Of a DNA stretch of 64,000 bases, positions 39,931 to 49,571 are shown piece after piece. The stretch covers positions 14,197-78,196 of the forward strand of contig JAQRMR010000099.1 of NCBI GenBank assembly GCA_028599115.1, written 5' to 3'. The DNA is from Methyloprofundus sp. (GTDB taxonomy: Bacteria > Pseudomonadota > Gammaproteobacteria > Methylococcales > Methylomonadaceae). Within the stretch, counting starts at the first letter, position 1; every line of letters starts with the position of its first letter. The notes under the pieces were generated by a model. That model searched no databases and was not told where the DNA came from. It was given only the letters and a program-made list of their open reading frames with translations. A program made the position numbers and the translations under genes.

Positions 39931-40053
39931 GTAACTTCTCATTATCCACAGGATCGAACTCCTGAATAAATGGAACGCAGGCCTTTAGCCTGCATTGATT
40001 CAGCGGCAGGCTAAAGACCTGCGTTCCAGTGCCCGTTGATAATGAGAAGTTAC
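39931..40053. mobile_element. 123-bp MITE with IS66-like ends
   Basis: 16-bp perfect TIR GTAACTTCTCATTATC; 8-bp direct repeat AGGAAAGT at 39923-39930 and 40054-40061; internal 23-bp hairpin 39971-40028. Confidence 0.85.
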
Positions 40054-40065
40054 AGGAAAGTTAGT

Positions 40066-40599
40066 TTAATGTTCGGGGGTTGCTTCAATTAACTCGCGTA
40101 AATAACGAAACAACAAACGCGAATTTTTAGGTGGTTTACTAAGTGAAGCTTCTTTTTTTGCATTACGCATAAGCTGACGCACTTGCTGCGCTTCTGCTGA
40201 TGGAAATTGATTCAATAAATCTGTTAATGCTTGTGTATCTTCAGATAATAGACGATCACGCCAGCGCTCTGCTTGGTGCAGCTCACGTGCAGCATGCGCA
40301 CTTTTCGCCTTCATTTTATCTAACGTTTCTTGAATAGCATCTAGGTCTTCATTACGCATTAACGAGGTGACGTATTTCATTTGTCGTTTACGCGCACTTT
40401 TTGCGGGCATTTTTGCAGCCGCCTCTAGCGCAACAACAACGGCATCCGGTAGAGAAAACTTCTCTATCTGAGCCGCTGTTAACTGACTAATCTCTTCGCT
40501 TAGACTGCTTATTTCAGCAATATCGCGTTTAAGCTGTGATTTGTTCGGGCGAATCGCCCACGTTTCTTCTTCCCAATCTTCTTCTATAAACTCTGACAT
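40066..40599 (-). CDS. yjgA: Ribosome biogenesis factor YjgA/DarP
   Basis: PNKSQLKRD, RKRQMKYV, ERWRDRLL, RQLMRNAKKE..KPPK. Confidence 0.93.
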   Translation of the reverse strand: MSEFIEEDWEEETWAIRPNKSQLKRDIAEISSLSEEISQLTAAQIEKFSLPDAVVVALEAAAKMPAKSARKRQMKYVTSLMRNEDLDAIQETLDKMKAKSAHAARELHQAERWRDRLLSEDTQALTDLLNQFPSAEAQQVRQLMRNAKKEASLSKPPKNSRLLFRYLRELIEATPEH

Positions 40600-40600
40600 C

Positions 40601-40786
40601 TCAAACCATCGAAATTAAAAAAACAACAAATATAATAACCGCTGCAGCCGGCAATAAAAAACCCGGCCAATCTGACTCCGCAGTTTTACTACGCTCCATT
40701 GAAGCCTTTATCCCTGGGCGCATCCAAAAAATCAAACCAACAGCCATTAAACCTACAAATATATTTTCCCACATTGAAAATTCCAT
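40601..40786 (-). CDS. Small two-TM membrane protein
   Basis: 61 aa with two hydrophobic segments; tightly packed between iscA and yjgA. Confidence 0.7.
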   Translation of the reverse strand: MEFSMWENIFVGLMAVGLIFWMRPGIKASMERSKTAESDWPGFLLPAAAVIIFVVFLISMV

Positions 40787-40813
40787 TTATCTCTCCGTTT
40801 ATCTTTGCGCTAC

Positions 40814-41137
40814 TTACACAGAAAAACTTTCACCACATCCGCAAGTTCCTTTCACATTAGGATTATTAAATTTAAAAGCTTCGTTAATCCCCTCTTTGGC
40901 AAAGTCTAGTACTAGTCCATTCAGTGTTTCTATATTTTCATTGGCAACTACCACATTCACACCAAAGGTTTCATACACCTTATCACCCTCTTCTAGCTTA
41001 TCTGCATAGGCAATCGTATAAGCAAAACCAGAACAACCTGATTTTTTTACACCTAATTTCAAGCCTAAACCTTCACCTCGGTTATCCAGTTGTTTTTTAA
41101 TTTGCTTTGCTGCACTTTCTGTTAATTCAACTGCCAT
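40814..41137 (-). CDS. iscA: A-type Fe-S carrier IscA
   Basis: SGCSG, FKFNNPN, CGCGESF. Confidence 0.92.
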   Translation of the reverse strand: MAVELTESAAKQIKKQLDNRGEGLGLKLGVKKSGCSGFAYTIAYADKLEEGDKVYETFGVNVVVANENIETLNGLVLDFAKEGINEAFKFNNPNVKGTCGCGESFSV

Positions 41138-41142
41138 AATAA

Positions 41143-42240
41143 TTACCTGTTTGTTGCGATAATTTGTTTTAATTTTTGCACAAAAATATCGATTTCTTCT
41201 AATGTGTTATTTTTTCCTAAACTAACTCGTATTGCTGATTGCGCTAACTGTGGCTCTATAGCCATTGCGGCCAAGACATAACTACTTGCCTCTTCATTAC
41301 TCGCGCATGCTGAACCACTAGAAACCGCAATATTTTGCTGATCTAGTTGCATTAAAAGCATTTCTCCAACACAACCTTGTATGCCTATTTGTACTGTATT
41401 TGATATTCTCTGAGCCTGTCCTGAAAATATTTTGATTGCATGAATACCCTGCAATTGTTGTTCTAAATAATTTCTTAATTTAAGGCTATGGGCTTGCCTT
41501 TCTTCTAACTCCAGCCTCGCAAGTTCTGCGGCTTTACCAAAGCCAACAATAGCGGCAACATTCTCTGTTCCTGCTCTAAGGTCTTTTTCCTGCCCGCCCC
41601 CAGTCATAAGTGCATTCATAAGCCCACTCTGATTGCTGATTAGTGCGCCACAGCCTTTAGGACCGTAAATTTTATGACTAGAAATGGACATTAAATCAAC
41701 ACCCAAATCTTGCATATCAATCTTTATTTTACCTAAGGCCTGCACTGCATCCGTATGTACTAATACACCCCGCTCTTTTACTATTTGAGCAATTTTTTTT
41801 ACCTCCTGAATAACCCCAGTTTCATTATTCACCAGCATAAAAGAAGCAAAATCAAAATCACTAGAATCTACTATTTCTTGCTCAGAAATAAGCCCATTAT
41901 AGTCAACACCAACCCGAGTTGTATTTGACACATGATTAGGGCATGACTCTAAAATGGAAGGATGTTCTATCTTGGATGTTATTAAATGGCGTTTAAGTAA
42001 GCCACTTTTTAATGCTAAATTATTGGCTTCCGTTCCGCCACTGGTAAAAATAATATGTTCCGGATTGGCATTAATTAATAATGCAATGCGCTCTCTCGCT
42101 GTTTCTATCGCACTACGAGAAATTCGCGCCAAGCGATAAAGCCCTGATGGGTTTCCATACAGCTGCCCCAAAAAAGGCAGCATCTCTTCAAGCACTCTAT
42201 CATCAAGGGCTGTAGTCGCGTTGTGATCAAAATAGATCAT
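41143..42240 (-). CDS. iscS: Cysteine desulfurase (IscS/NifS-type, short)
   Basis: YFDHNATT, TSGGTEANN, SSHKIYGPKG, SSGSAC. Confidence 0.88.
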   Translation of the reverse strand: MIYFDHNATTALDDRVLEEMLPFLGQLYGNPSGLYRLARISRSAIETARERIALLINANPEHIIFTSGGTEANNLALKSGLLKRHLITSKIEHPSILESCPNHVSNTTRVGVDYNGLISEQEIVDSSDFDFASFMLVNNETGVIQEVKKIAQIVKERGVLVHTDAVQALGKIKIDMQDLGVDLMSISSHKIYGPKGCGALISNQSGLMNALMTGGGQEKDLRAGTENVAAIVGFGKAAELARLELEERQAHSLKLRNYLEQQLQGIHAIKIFSGQAQRISNTVQIGIQGCVGEMLLMQLDQQNIAVSSGSACASNEEASSYVLAAMAIEPQLAQSAIRVSLGKNNTLEEIDIFVQKLKQIIATNR

Positions 42241-42723
42241 TTATTTTATTGCCATACCTACGGTTGTGCCTTTAAAGTTAACAGGCTGATCACCAGCTTG
42301 TCTTGCCACCACTACTTTTACAGCATCTCTTTCTAAAATATCACCTAATGTAATACCATCTAAGTAATTGCGCACAACATCACTTAAGCCCATCCACAAA
42401 TCATGTGTTAAGCAAGGCTCACCATCTTGACAATTCCCTTTTTGCTCACAGTTAGTTAAATCTACCTGTTCATCAACCGCTAAAATAATATCCGAAACAT
42501 TAATCTCTGTTGCTTCACGATTTAGCTTATAACCACCACCTGGCCCTCTAACACCGACAACCATTTCAGCACGGCGTAAACGTGAAAAAAGTTGCTCTAA
42601 ATAAGAAAGAGAAATAGTTTGACGCGTTGCTATTTCAGTTAAAGTAACCAGTTTAATTTCACTGTGTATTGCCAAATCAAGCATTGCGGTTACCGCATAT
42701 CGACCCTTCGTAGTAAGTCTCAT
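42241..42723 (-). CDS. iscR: Fe-S cluster regulator IscR
   Basis: MRLTTKGRYAVTAMLDLA, SYLEQLF, RGPGGGY, C-x5-C-x5-C-LTH ligands. Confidence 0.96.
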   Translation of the reverse strand: MRLTTKGRYAVTAMLDLAIHSEIKLVTLTEIATRQTISLSYLEQLFSRLRRAEMVVGVRGPGGGYKLNREATEINVSDIILAVDEQVDLTNCEQKGNCQDGEPCLTHDLWMGLSDVVRNYLDGITLGDILERDAVKVVVARQAGDQPVNFKGTTVGMAIK

Positions 42724-42759
42724 TGATTTTCCTTTTTTAAATTAAGTTAATTGGGCACA

Positions 42760-42792
42760 ATATTAAATTAACCAAGTAAAATAGTCAAGTAT
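42760..42792 (-). promoter_or_regulatory. iscR promoter overlapped by a type-1 IscR site
   Basis: TTGACT-17 bp-TAATAT; ATACTTGACTATTTTACTTGGTTAA (42792-42768) resembles type-1 IscR operators. Confidence 0.75.
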
Positions 42793-42845
42793 TACAACAC
42801 AGCAATAACCCATTTATTTTAAAGACTTAGAACCCCTCTCACACT

Positions 42846-43592
42846 TTACTCTTTGTTAATTTCACAGCCATCAAGCTCAGGAATATCCTCAACTTTGCAA
42901 GCAATTCCCGCTTCAATCAGTGCCTTTTTCATAGCACCCATTTGTTGGTCCATCACCTGAATATGGTCCAACATATGGTTAATTGCATAAGCAACTGGAT
43001 CAGGCGAGTCCGCCGTTGTTCCATAGGCATCAAAGCCCATTTTATCGGCAATTTTTTTACGATCCGTCATCTTATTATTTTTCACACTAACAACATGACC
43101 AGGAATACCAACAACAGTGGCCCCTGCTGATACAGGCTTTAATACCACAGAATTTGAACCTATTCGAGCATTTTCACCAACTTCAATCGGGCCTAATATT
43201 TTTGCCCCAGCACCGACCACCACACCATTAGCTAGTGTTGGGTGTCGCTTTCCTTCGCTACTACTCGTTCCCCCTAATGTAACACCATGGTATAAAGTGC
43301 AATCATCACCAATAATGGTCGTCTCACCAATCACAACGCCCATTCCATGGTCAATAAAAAATCGCCGCCCAACAACAGCCCCCGGGTGAATTTCTATGCC
43401 AGTTATCCAGCGGCTCAAATGTGCAATTAACCGTGCAGGGAATTTAACCCCTTTTACCCATAAATTGTGACTCAATCGGTGCAAAACAATCGCATGAAAC
43501 CCCGGGTAAACAAAAACCACATCTAACAACGATTGCGCTGCTGGGTCTCTAGCAAACACGCTAGAAATATCCTCTTTAATCAACTTAATCAT
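42846..43592 (-). CDS. cysE: Serine O-acetyltransferase
   Basis: RDPAA, TGIEIHPGA, FFIDHGMGVVIGET, KRHPTL. Confidence 0.96.
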   Translation of the reverse strand: MIKLIKEDISSVFARDPAAQSLLDVVFVYPGFHAIVLHRLSHNLWVKGVKFPARLIAHLSRWITGIEIHPGAVVGRRFFIDHGMGVVIGETTIIGDDCTLYHGVTLGGTSSSEGKRHPTLANGVVVGAGAKILGPIEVGENARIGSNSVVLKPVSAGATVVGIPGHVVSVKNNKMTDRKKIADKMGFDAYGTTADSPDPVAYAINHMLDHIQVMDQQMGAMKKALIEAGIACKVEDIPELDGCEINKE

Positions 43593-44314
43593 AATTTTTT
43601 GTGTAAAACTGCCGTTGATTTCTTTAAAATACCGCGCAAAATATCTAGCTCTTTGGTATCCAAATTAGCGCGATGATATAGCCGCCTTAAGCGGCGCATG
43701 ATAGATGTAGACTTTTCAGGATTTAAAAAGCCAATTTCATCAAGTGTTTGATACAAATGATCAAAAAAAGATTCCATTTGTGCTGAACTCGCCAATGGGT
43801 TTTCAGGCTCCTTTGGTTTCGACACGTCAATATTGGTAGCAACCATTAGCTCATAACAAACAACCTGTACTGCAGCTGCAAGATTTAACGAACTATATTC
43901 AGAATTAGAAGGAATAGAAAGTAAGCTTTGGCATAAATCAAGCTCATGGTTTTTTAAACCTGAATTTTCACGACCAAATAAAAGAGCGATGTTTTTATTC
44001 TGTGCTTCAACGACTATTTTTTCTGCACACTCTCTTGGTAGCAATTCCGGCACCGAAATACTTCGTGTACGCGCACTGGCGCCAATCACAATTTCACAAT
44101 CAGCAACAGCTTCTTGTATTGATTCACATACCACTGCATTAGCTAGTAAATCATCTGCACCAGACGCACGTGATGTTGCCTCAGCACTAGGAAAAATTTT
44201 AGGCTGAACTAAATACAATTCAGTCATACACATATTCTTCATGGCACGGGCCACCGCACCTATATTTCCTGGGTGAGAGGTTTCAACTAATACAATCCGA
44301 ATATTTGCCAGCAC
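43589..44314 (-). CDS. trmJ: tRNA (C32/U32-2'-O)-methyltransferase
   Basis: TSHPGNIGAVARAMKNM, FGRENSGL, SSLNLAAAVQ. Confidence 0.95.
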   Translation of the reverse strand: MLANIRIVLVETSHPGNIGAVARAMKNMCMTELYLVQPKIFPSAEATSRASGADDLLANAVVCESIQEAVADCEIVIGASARTRSISVPELLPRECAEKIVVEAQNKNIALLFGRENSGLKNHELDLCQSLLSIPSNSEYSSLNLAAAVQVVCYELMVATNIDVSKPKEPENPLASSAQMESFFDHLYQTLDEIGFLNPEKSTSIMRRLRRLYHRANLDTKELDILRGILKKSTAVLHKKL

Positions 44315-44404
44315 TATGCTCTGCCCTATTAAATAAAAACATCAATTTTATCAAAAATTTTGTTATCCTATATTGATTTCTAACCGCTCATTACAAATTT
44401 ACCT

Positions 44405-45205
44405 ATGCATCCAATGCTTACCATCGCTATCCGTGCTGCGAGAAGCGCGGGGGACATCATTCTTCGTGCCTCTGAAAACGTTAATCACATTCAAATTGAT
44501 AACAAAGAACAACATGATTTTGTCACTGAAGTTGATCGTCAAGCAGAAGCTGAGATCATTAAAATATTAAAAACCGCTTACCCAGAACATGCCATTTTAG
44601 CGGAAGAAAGTGGCGCTCATGAAGGCAATGATTATACTTGGATTATTGATCCACTCGATGGAACCACGAATTTCTTACATGGTTTTCCTCATTACGCCGT
44701 TTCAATTGCCTTAAAGCATAAAAATAATTTAATTGTTGCTGTAGTATTTGACCCACAACGTGATGAACTTTTTACCGCTTCACGTGGCGATGGCGCAGCT
44801 TTAAATGGCAAGCGTATTCGAGTCACTCAACAATCGAATTTATCTGGCGCATTAATTGGTACAGGCTTTCCTTTCAAGGCTCAACAACAGCAATATTTGG
44901 GTGCTTACCTCAATATGTTTGAAGCGGTTTGCATAAATACCTCAGGCATTCGCCGCACAGGTTCCGCAGCAATTGATTTAGCTTATTTAGCAATGGGACG
45001 TTTAGATGGTTTTTGGGAAGTTGACCTTAAACCATGGGATATTGCAGCCGGATTACTACTCGTCAAAGAGGCAGGTGGTGTTGTAACTGACTTGGCCTTT
45101 AATGACCAATATTTAGAATCAGGTAACTTGATTGCAGGAAATCCTAAAACGCACCAAGCGCTATACCAGCTGATTGAGCCGCATGTAACAGAAAACTTAA
45201 AATAG
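44405..45205 (+). CDS. suhB: Inositol monophosphatase/Nus factor SuhB
   Basis: WIIDPLDGTTNF, WDIAAG; divergent from trmJ. Confidence 0.96.
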   Translation: MHPMLTIAIRAARSAGDIILRASENVNHIQIDNKEQHDFVTEVDRQAEAEIIKILKTAYPEHAILAEESGAHEGNDYTWIIDPLDGTTNFLHGFPHYAVSIALKHKNNLIVAVVFDPQRDELFTASRGDGAALNGKRIRVTQQSNLSGALIGTGFPFKAQQQQYLGAYLNMFEAVCINTSGIRRTGSAAIDLAYLAMGRLDGFWEVDLKPWDIAAGLLLVKEAGGVVTDLAFNDQYLESGNLIAGNPKTHQALYQLIEPHVTENLK

Positions 45206-45219
45206 CTAAAGCCTTTTAA

Positions 45220-45259
45220 CGAAACCCATCAATATGGTGGTGGGTTTCGCCCAAAAGAC
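45220..45259. repeat. Internal remnant of the 6626-type REPIN between convergent suhB and hemY
   Basis: CGAAACCCATCAA...TGGGTTTCGCCCAAAAGAC matches the inner part of 6669-6713. Confidence 0.65.
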
Positions 45260-45283
45260 TCTTCAAGCATAAACAACTAGGTT

Positions 45284-46513
45284 TTATAGGGTTGCTGTCG
45301 CATGATTAATCACTTCGCTCGAAGCCAACTCTAAACCTAATTTATAACACTCCATTGCACGTTCATTATCCCCCTCTTCTGCTAGGAAATTACCTAAAAC
45401 ACGGTAGGCTTCAACAGTGGGTTCTAAGCTAATACTTTTAGCTAAATACTTTTTTGCTTTATCAGAGAATTCACATTTAATCGCAATTTTACCTAAGACT
45501 CGTAATAAAACGGGATCATTACCGTATTCTAATAACCATTTTTCAGTAATTTCTAACTGTCCACGAAAATCAATTGACTGCACACTACCAAATAGAGCAA
45601 GCAAGGTCATATCCCATTTTTTATTCAATGCTGCAACAATATCACTTTCTATTTTTGCACCTGCACCAGCCTCAATCATAGCTGCATAATAAATCGCAGG
45701 TAGCCCCTGCATGTTTTGCACATGCGCAGGAATTTCACTCCAAAGCGCCTGAATACCTTTAGCATCAGACTTTCCGGCAGCCTCTTTTAGTAAAGTACTA
45801 TAAGTCTCAATTTCCAAAAGCTTTACTTCAGCTTCCATAAATACTTTATTTTCATTTAATGCCGGCAATAAAGCTTTAATTGCAGACCAGTCCCCAAGGT
45901 GGTGATAAGTTTGATGCAGCATTTTCAACACACTGGCATGCGTTGAGTCCATTGAATGTAACTTCGTTAATGTTGCCAATGCATGATCAAATTGCTTTTG
46001 TGAAAGATGTAATTCAGCTTGCGTTAATCCAACAGCTACTTCAGAGCCTGGAGCATCTTTAGTTGCGCGTTTTAAGTACTCATCTCGTTTATCTAGTGCG
46101 CCTCGGGAGTGCGCTGCTCTCGCTGCTGTTAAGTAATGAATAAGTGGTGCACCACTATGAGAAGCGTGCTTAATAAGCGTACTTTCCGCTCGCTCCCAAT
46201 TTCCTTCAGCGGCATCAACCAAGCCCGAAATTAATGCTTCTTGAGATCGATTAAACTTAACGTCCTTGCCTTTATGGCGCATCTTTCTTGGCAAACGAAT
46301 AGCCCAACCTAAGCCACGGAAAAGAAAATACAAAACAACAAAACCAAGCATTGATGCAACAACGAAAATAATCAATGAGGTTTCTAATGCCCAGTGCCCA
46401 ACACCAATTAAAACATAACCAGGGTCATCATATTGCGACAGCCACTCATGCGTAACAAATGCTAGAAGCAGTGCTAAAACGAGGGTACCTAAAAAAAATA
46501 ATATATTTTTCAC
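45284..46513 (-). CDS. hemY: HemY-family TPR membrane protein
   Basis: GYVLI..ETS, AEGNWERAE, TPR repeats; follows hemX. Confidence 0.9.
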   Translation of the reverse strand: MKNILFFLGTLVLALLLAFVTHEWLSQYDDPGYVLIGVGHWALETSLIIFVVASMLGFVVLYFLFRGLGWAIRLPRKMRHKGKDVKFNRSQEALISGLVDAAEGNWERAESTLIKHASHSGAPLIHYLTAARAAHSRGALDKRDEYLKRATKDAPGSEVAVGLTQAELHLSQKQFDHALATLTKLHSMDSTHASVLKMLHQTYHHLGDWSAIKALLPALNENKVFMEAEVKLLEIETYSTLLKEAAGKSDAKGIQALWSEIPAHVQNMQGLPAIYYAAMIEAGAGAKIESDIVAALNKKWDMTLLALFGSVQSIDFRGQLEITEKWLLEYGNDPVLLRVLGKIAIKCEFSDKAKKYLAKSISLEPTVEAYRVLGNFLAEEGDNERAMECYKLGLELASSEVINHATATL

Positions 46514-46527
46514 TTCACTTACCTCTA

Positions 46528-47706
46528 TTATTCGCTAGCCTGCGACTCTTCATTTTTCGGTGCTTTATCCGCTTCTTGTAGCGCTTTATCCGCCTCCAAC
46601 CTCAACTTAACAATATCTTTCAGCATTTTAAAAGACAAACTAATATCAGGCAGATTACTTCGGATTTGAATAGCTCTTAATTTTTCTAACTCTCGCATAA
46701 AACGAATCTGCACTTTATCCTTGGTAAAATGTGCATTCAACCACTGCTGCACATCTTTAATACTTGCTTGATAAAGCTCATCGTCATGCTGTAATAAAGC
46801 CAGTTTAACGATCATTAACTTACTACTAAGTCGTTCTTTTATAAAAATCTTATGCTCTGGTGTAATAATTGATTTCACTGGCGCATCTAAACGTCGAATA
46901 CTAACAATACCTTCAATTTCAATCAGCGCATTATCCAGAGCATCATTAAGGTCTGCGCTGGATTCTTGTGCATTTTTACCTATTGTTTGCTCTTTTAATT
47001 TTCCTGAATAAGGTAAAAAGAGGTTTAAATAATCTACTTGCTCCTCTAAAGCCTCTATCGCCGAATAAATTCCAACGGTATCCGCTGTATTAATTTCCTG
47101 AACAATAGAGATTTCTTTAGCAATTTGCTTACGAATTTTAAAAGCTGCGGTATCACCACTTTCACGCAACCTTTGGTCTGCAGCTTGTAATGCGGCGAGT
47201 GTTGTACCAATATCCCCCATTAAATGTAATCGACGATTGGCCACACCTAGTAAATATTCAGCATCTGAGACCAACCAATCACCTCTTGTTTTACCAAGTT
47301 GCCGATGAATTTTTCGAATAGCCCCTTTAACGTCTGTTGCGGTATTCTCAAGACGCTCATCTTGAATTTTCATCGCTTCATTTAGGCGGTGCTCAAAATT
47401 ATCTTCTTTATTAGCGACATTAGAACTTAAGCTTGATAGCTGATTCTGAATTGCCACTAACTGAGCTTGATAACCTGATATCTGCTTAGTTAACTCCATG
47501 ATTTGCTGGGTTTCTTTACCTATCTCCCCACCTAAATCTTGCTGCTTATCCCTTAACTGCTGTAATAACAAATAACCCACACCGGCTACCCCTAATACAA
47601 TCAGTAAAATAACCAAACCAAACCAAGCACCACCACTACGCTCTTTTTTAACTTTTACTGGTTTTTCTTTTTTCTCTTTAATAGCTTCAGCCACGTGATT
47701 CCCCAT
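46528..47706 (-). CDS. hemX: HemX-family membrane coiled-coil protein (probable GTG start at 47694)
   Basis: TM helix, coiled coil, W..SDAEYLL..ANRRL, AADQRL. Confidence 0.88.
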   Translation of the reverse strand: MGNHVAEAIKEKKEKPVKVKKERSGGAWFGLVILLIVLGVAGVGYLLLQQLRDKQQDLGGEIGKETQQIMELTKQISGYQAQLVAIQNQLSSLSSNVANKEDNFEHRLNEAMKIQDERLENTATDVKGAIRKIHRQLGKTRGDWLVSDAEYLLGVANRRLHLMGDIGTTLAALQAADQRLRESGDTAAFKIRKQIAKEISIVQEINTADTVGIYSAIEALEEQVDYLNLFLPYSGKLKEQTIGKNAQESSADLNDALDNALIEIEGIVSIRRLDAPVKSIITPEHKIFIKERLSSKLMIVKLALLQHDDELYQASIKDVQQWLNAHFTKDKVQIRFMRELEKLRAIQIRSNLPDISLSFKMLKDIVKLRLEADKALQEADKAPKNEESQASE

Positions 47707-48475
47707 TCAATAATGCATTAATCATTGCAGCATCTGATGCCTCATCTGCAATAATTATCTGTGTAAATCCAACTTTTTTAGCCGCCAAATAAACTCGCTG
47801 ACTAATCACCACGATTGGCGTGATGAATAAATGCTTTTTAATTCCATCTTCTGCTAATAAGGCAATAAGATTATGTAGTGCAACCACACTATAAATCAGT
47901 ATCGCTTCTAGTTCATCATTTAACAAATACTCACAAACCTCTTGTGTATCGGAAGTTGCTAATGATTTTTGGTAAACCTCCACATACTCAACTAAGGCTC
48001 CCCGTGCTCTTAAATTTGTTGCTAATAATTCTCGACCACCATCGCCTCTTATAATTAAACACCGTGCTTTAGGCAGAGATTGTAATTCTGGCATGGCTAA
48101 AATAGCTTCTGAATTAAACCCTTGCGTAGGTCTTAACACATTGTTCAATCCTTTTTTAGCCAAAGCATCCGCAGTCGCCTTGCCAACGGCAATCAGCTGA
48201 GTTTTTTGCAATTCTTCTATTTTGCCATTAATTAGCTGTAGGGCAAAATTTACCGCATTGACACTAATAAAAAAAACAAGATCAAAAGACGCTATTTGCT
48301 GCATAAAAAGCTTTTCTCTCTCCGATACTTCGCTTGCTTGTACTTCAATCACAGGTAAATTAACATTAATTCCAGCATTTTCCTGAATTAATTGATTTAG
48401 TACCATCGACTGATGTTTAGAGCGTGTTACTAAAACCTTTTTACCCGCTAATGATCTATTCAGAGTACAAGGCAC
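47687..48475 (-). CDS. hemD: Uroporphyrinogen-III synthase
   Basis: [28 protein letters not shown]. Confidence 0.93.
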   Translation of the reverse strand: MPCTLNRSLAGKKVLVTRSKHQSMVLNQLIQENAGINVNLPVIEVQASEVSEREKLFMQQIASFDLVFFISVNAVNFALQLINGKIEELQKTQLIAVGKATADALAKKGLNNVLRPTQGFNSEAILAMPELQSLPKARCLIIRGDGGRELLATNLRARGALVEYVEVYQKSLATSDTQEVCEYLLNDELEAILIYSVVALHNLIALLAEDGIKKHLFITPIVVISQRVYLAAKKVGFTQIIIADEASDAAMINALLNGESRG

Positions 48476-49385
48476 TTAATACTTTTCCTGCACCGCTATC
48501 GAGCAACTCATCTGCAATCGCTAGCCCAATTTTTTCTGCATCTTCAATCGCGCCGGTTTTTTCTGCACGATAAATGACACTGCCATCAGGCTCCCCTACC
48601 AAGCCACGCATAAATAGCTGGCCTTCTTTGATTTCAGAAAACCCTGCAATAGGCACTTGGCAACCGCCATTCAATCGCTCATTCATTGCTCGTTCTGCAC
48701 TTACACGTATCGTGCTTTCGGCATCTGCCAAAGGCGCTAATAACGCATTAACCTCTGCATCATCGCTACGACACTCAATACCTACAGCACCTTGCCCAAT
48801 AGCCGGTAAACTAACAGTACTATCTAAAGTTTGGGTAATTCTATCGGTAAAACCTAAACGCTTTAGGCCCGCTGCCGCTAAAATAATGGCATCATAATCA
48901 CCCGCATCAAGCTTAGAAAGCCGAGTATTAACATTACCGCGTAAAGATAAAATTTCAGCGTTCGGAAATCGCTCAGCAATTTGGCATTGTCTACGCAAAC
49001 TAGAGGTACCAATTTTTGCATGCTCCGGTAAATCCTCTAAGCTTTTATAATGATTAGAAACAAAAGCATCTCTAGGGTCTTCACGAGGCAGAATAATGGC
49101 TAAATGTAAGCCTTCTGGGAATTCGACAGGAACATCTTTCATTGAATGCACTGCAATATCAGCCTCACCATCTAGCATTCCCTGTTCTAGCTCCTTAACA
49201 AACAAACCTTTACCACCAATTTTCGCTAAAGGTGCATCTAAAATTTTATCGCCTTTGGTCACCATTTTAACCAATTCAGTTTTAATTCCAGGGTGCGCCT
49301 GCTCAAGCCGTGCAGCAACATATTCAGCCTGCCATAAAGCTAATGGGCTTTGCCTCGTTGCAATCCTAATTGTTTTTTCTATCAC
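48456..49385 (-). CDS. hemC: Porphobilinogen deaminase
   Basis: [37 protein letters not shown]. Confidence 0.98.
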   Translation of the reverse strand: MIEKTIRIATRQSPLALWQAEYVAARLEQAHPGIKTELVKMVTKGDKILDAPLAKIGGKGLFVKELEQGMLDGEADIAVHSMKDVPVEFPEGLHLAIILPREDPRDAFVSNHYKSLEDLPEHAKIGTSSLRRQCQIAERFPNAEILSLRGNVNTRLSKLDAGDYDAIILAAAGLKRLGFTDRITQTLDSTVSLPAIGQGAVGIECRSDDAEVNALLAPLADAESTIRVSAERAMNERLNGGCQVPIAGFSEIKEGQLFMRGLVGEPDGSVIYRAEKTGAIEDAEKIGLAIADELLDSGAGKVLSALYSE

Positions 49386-49571
49386 TTAGCTTTCCTTGTT
49401 AAAGTTTCTAAATATTCAATAACCTTCCATTGTACCTTCATCTACTCCTATCTTGAAATACGGAAAATTAGATTTCTCTACAATTTTTCTCAAAATTTTT
49501 ATTTTTTTGCATAATTTCTCATCTTCATTCATTATAATCGAACAAAATATCATCTTTTTATCAAAGGGAAT

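Noticed and set aside
39921-40061. Long hairpin with a central bubble as 6S RNA or SRP RNA
   Set aside because: It is too short for 6S, lacks the SRP GGAA loop motif and the zapA/fau context, and the TIR plus 8-bp target duplication explain it better as a MITE.
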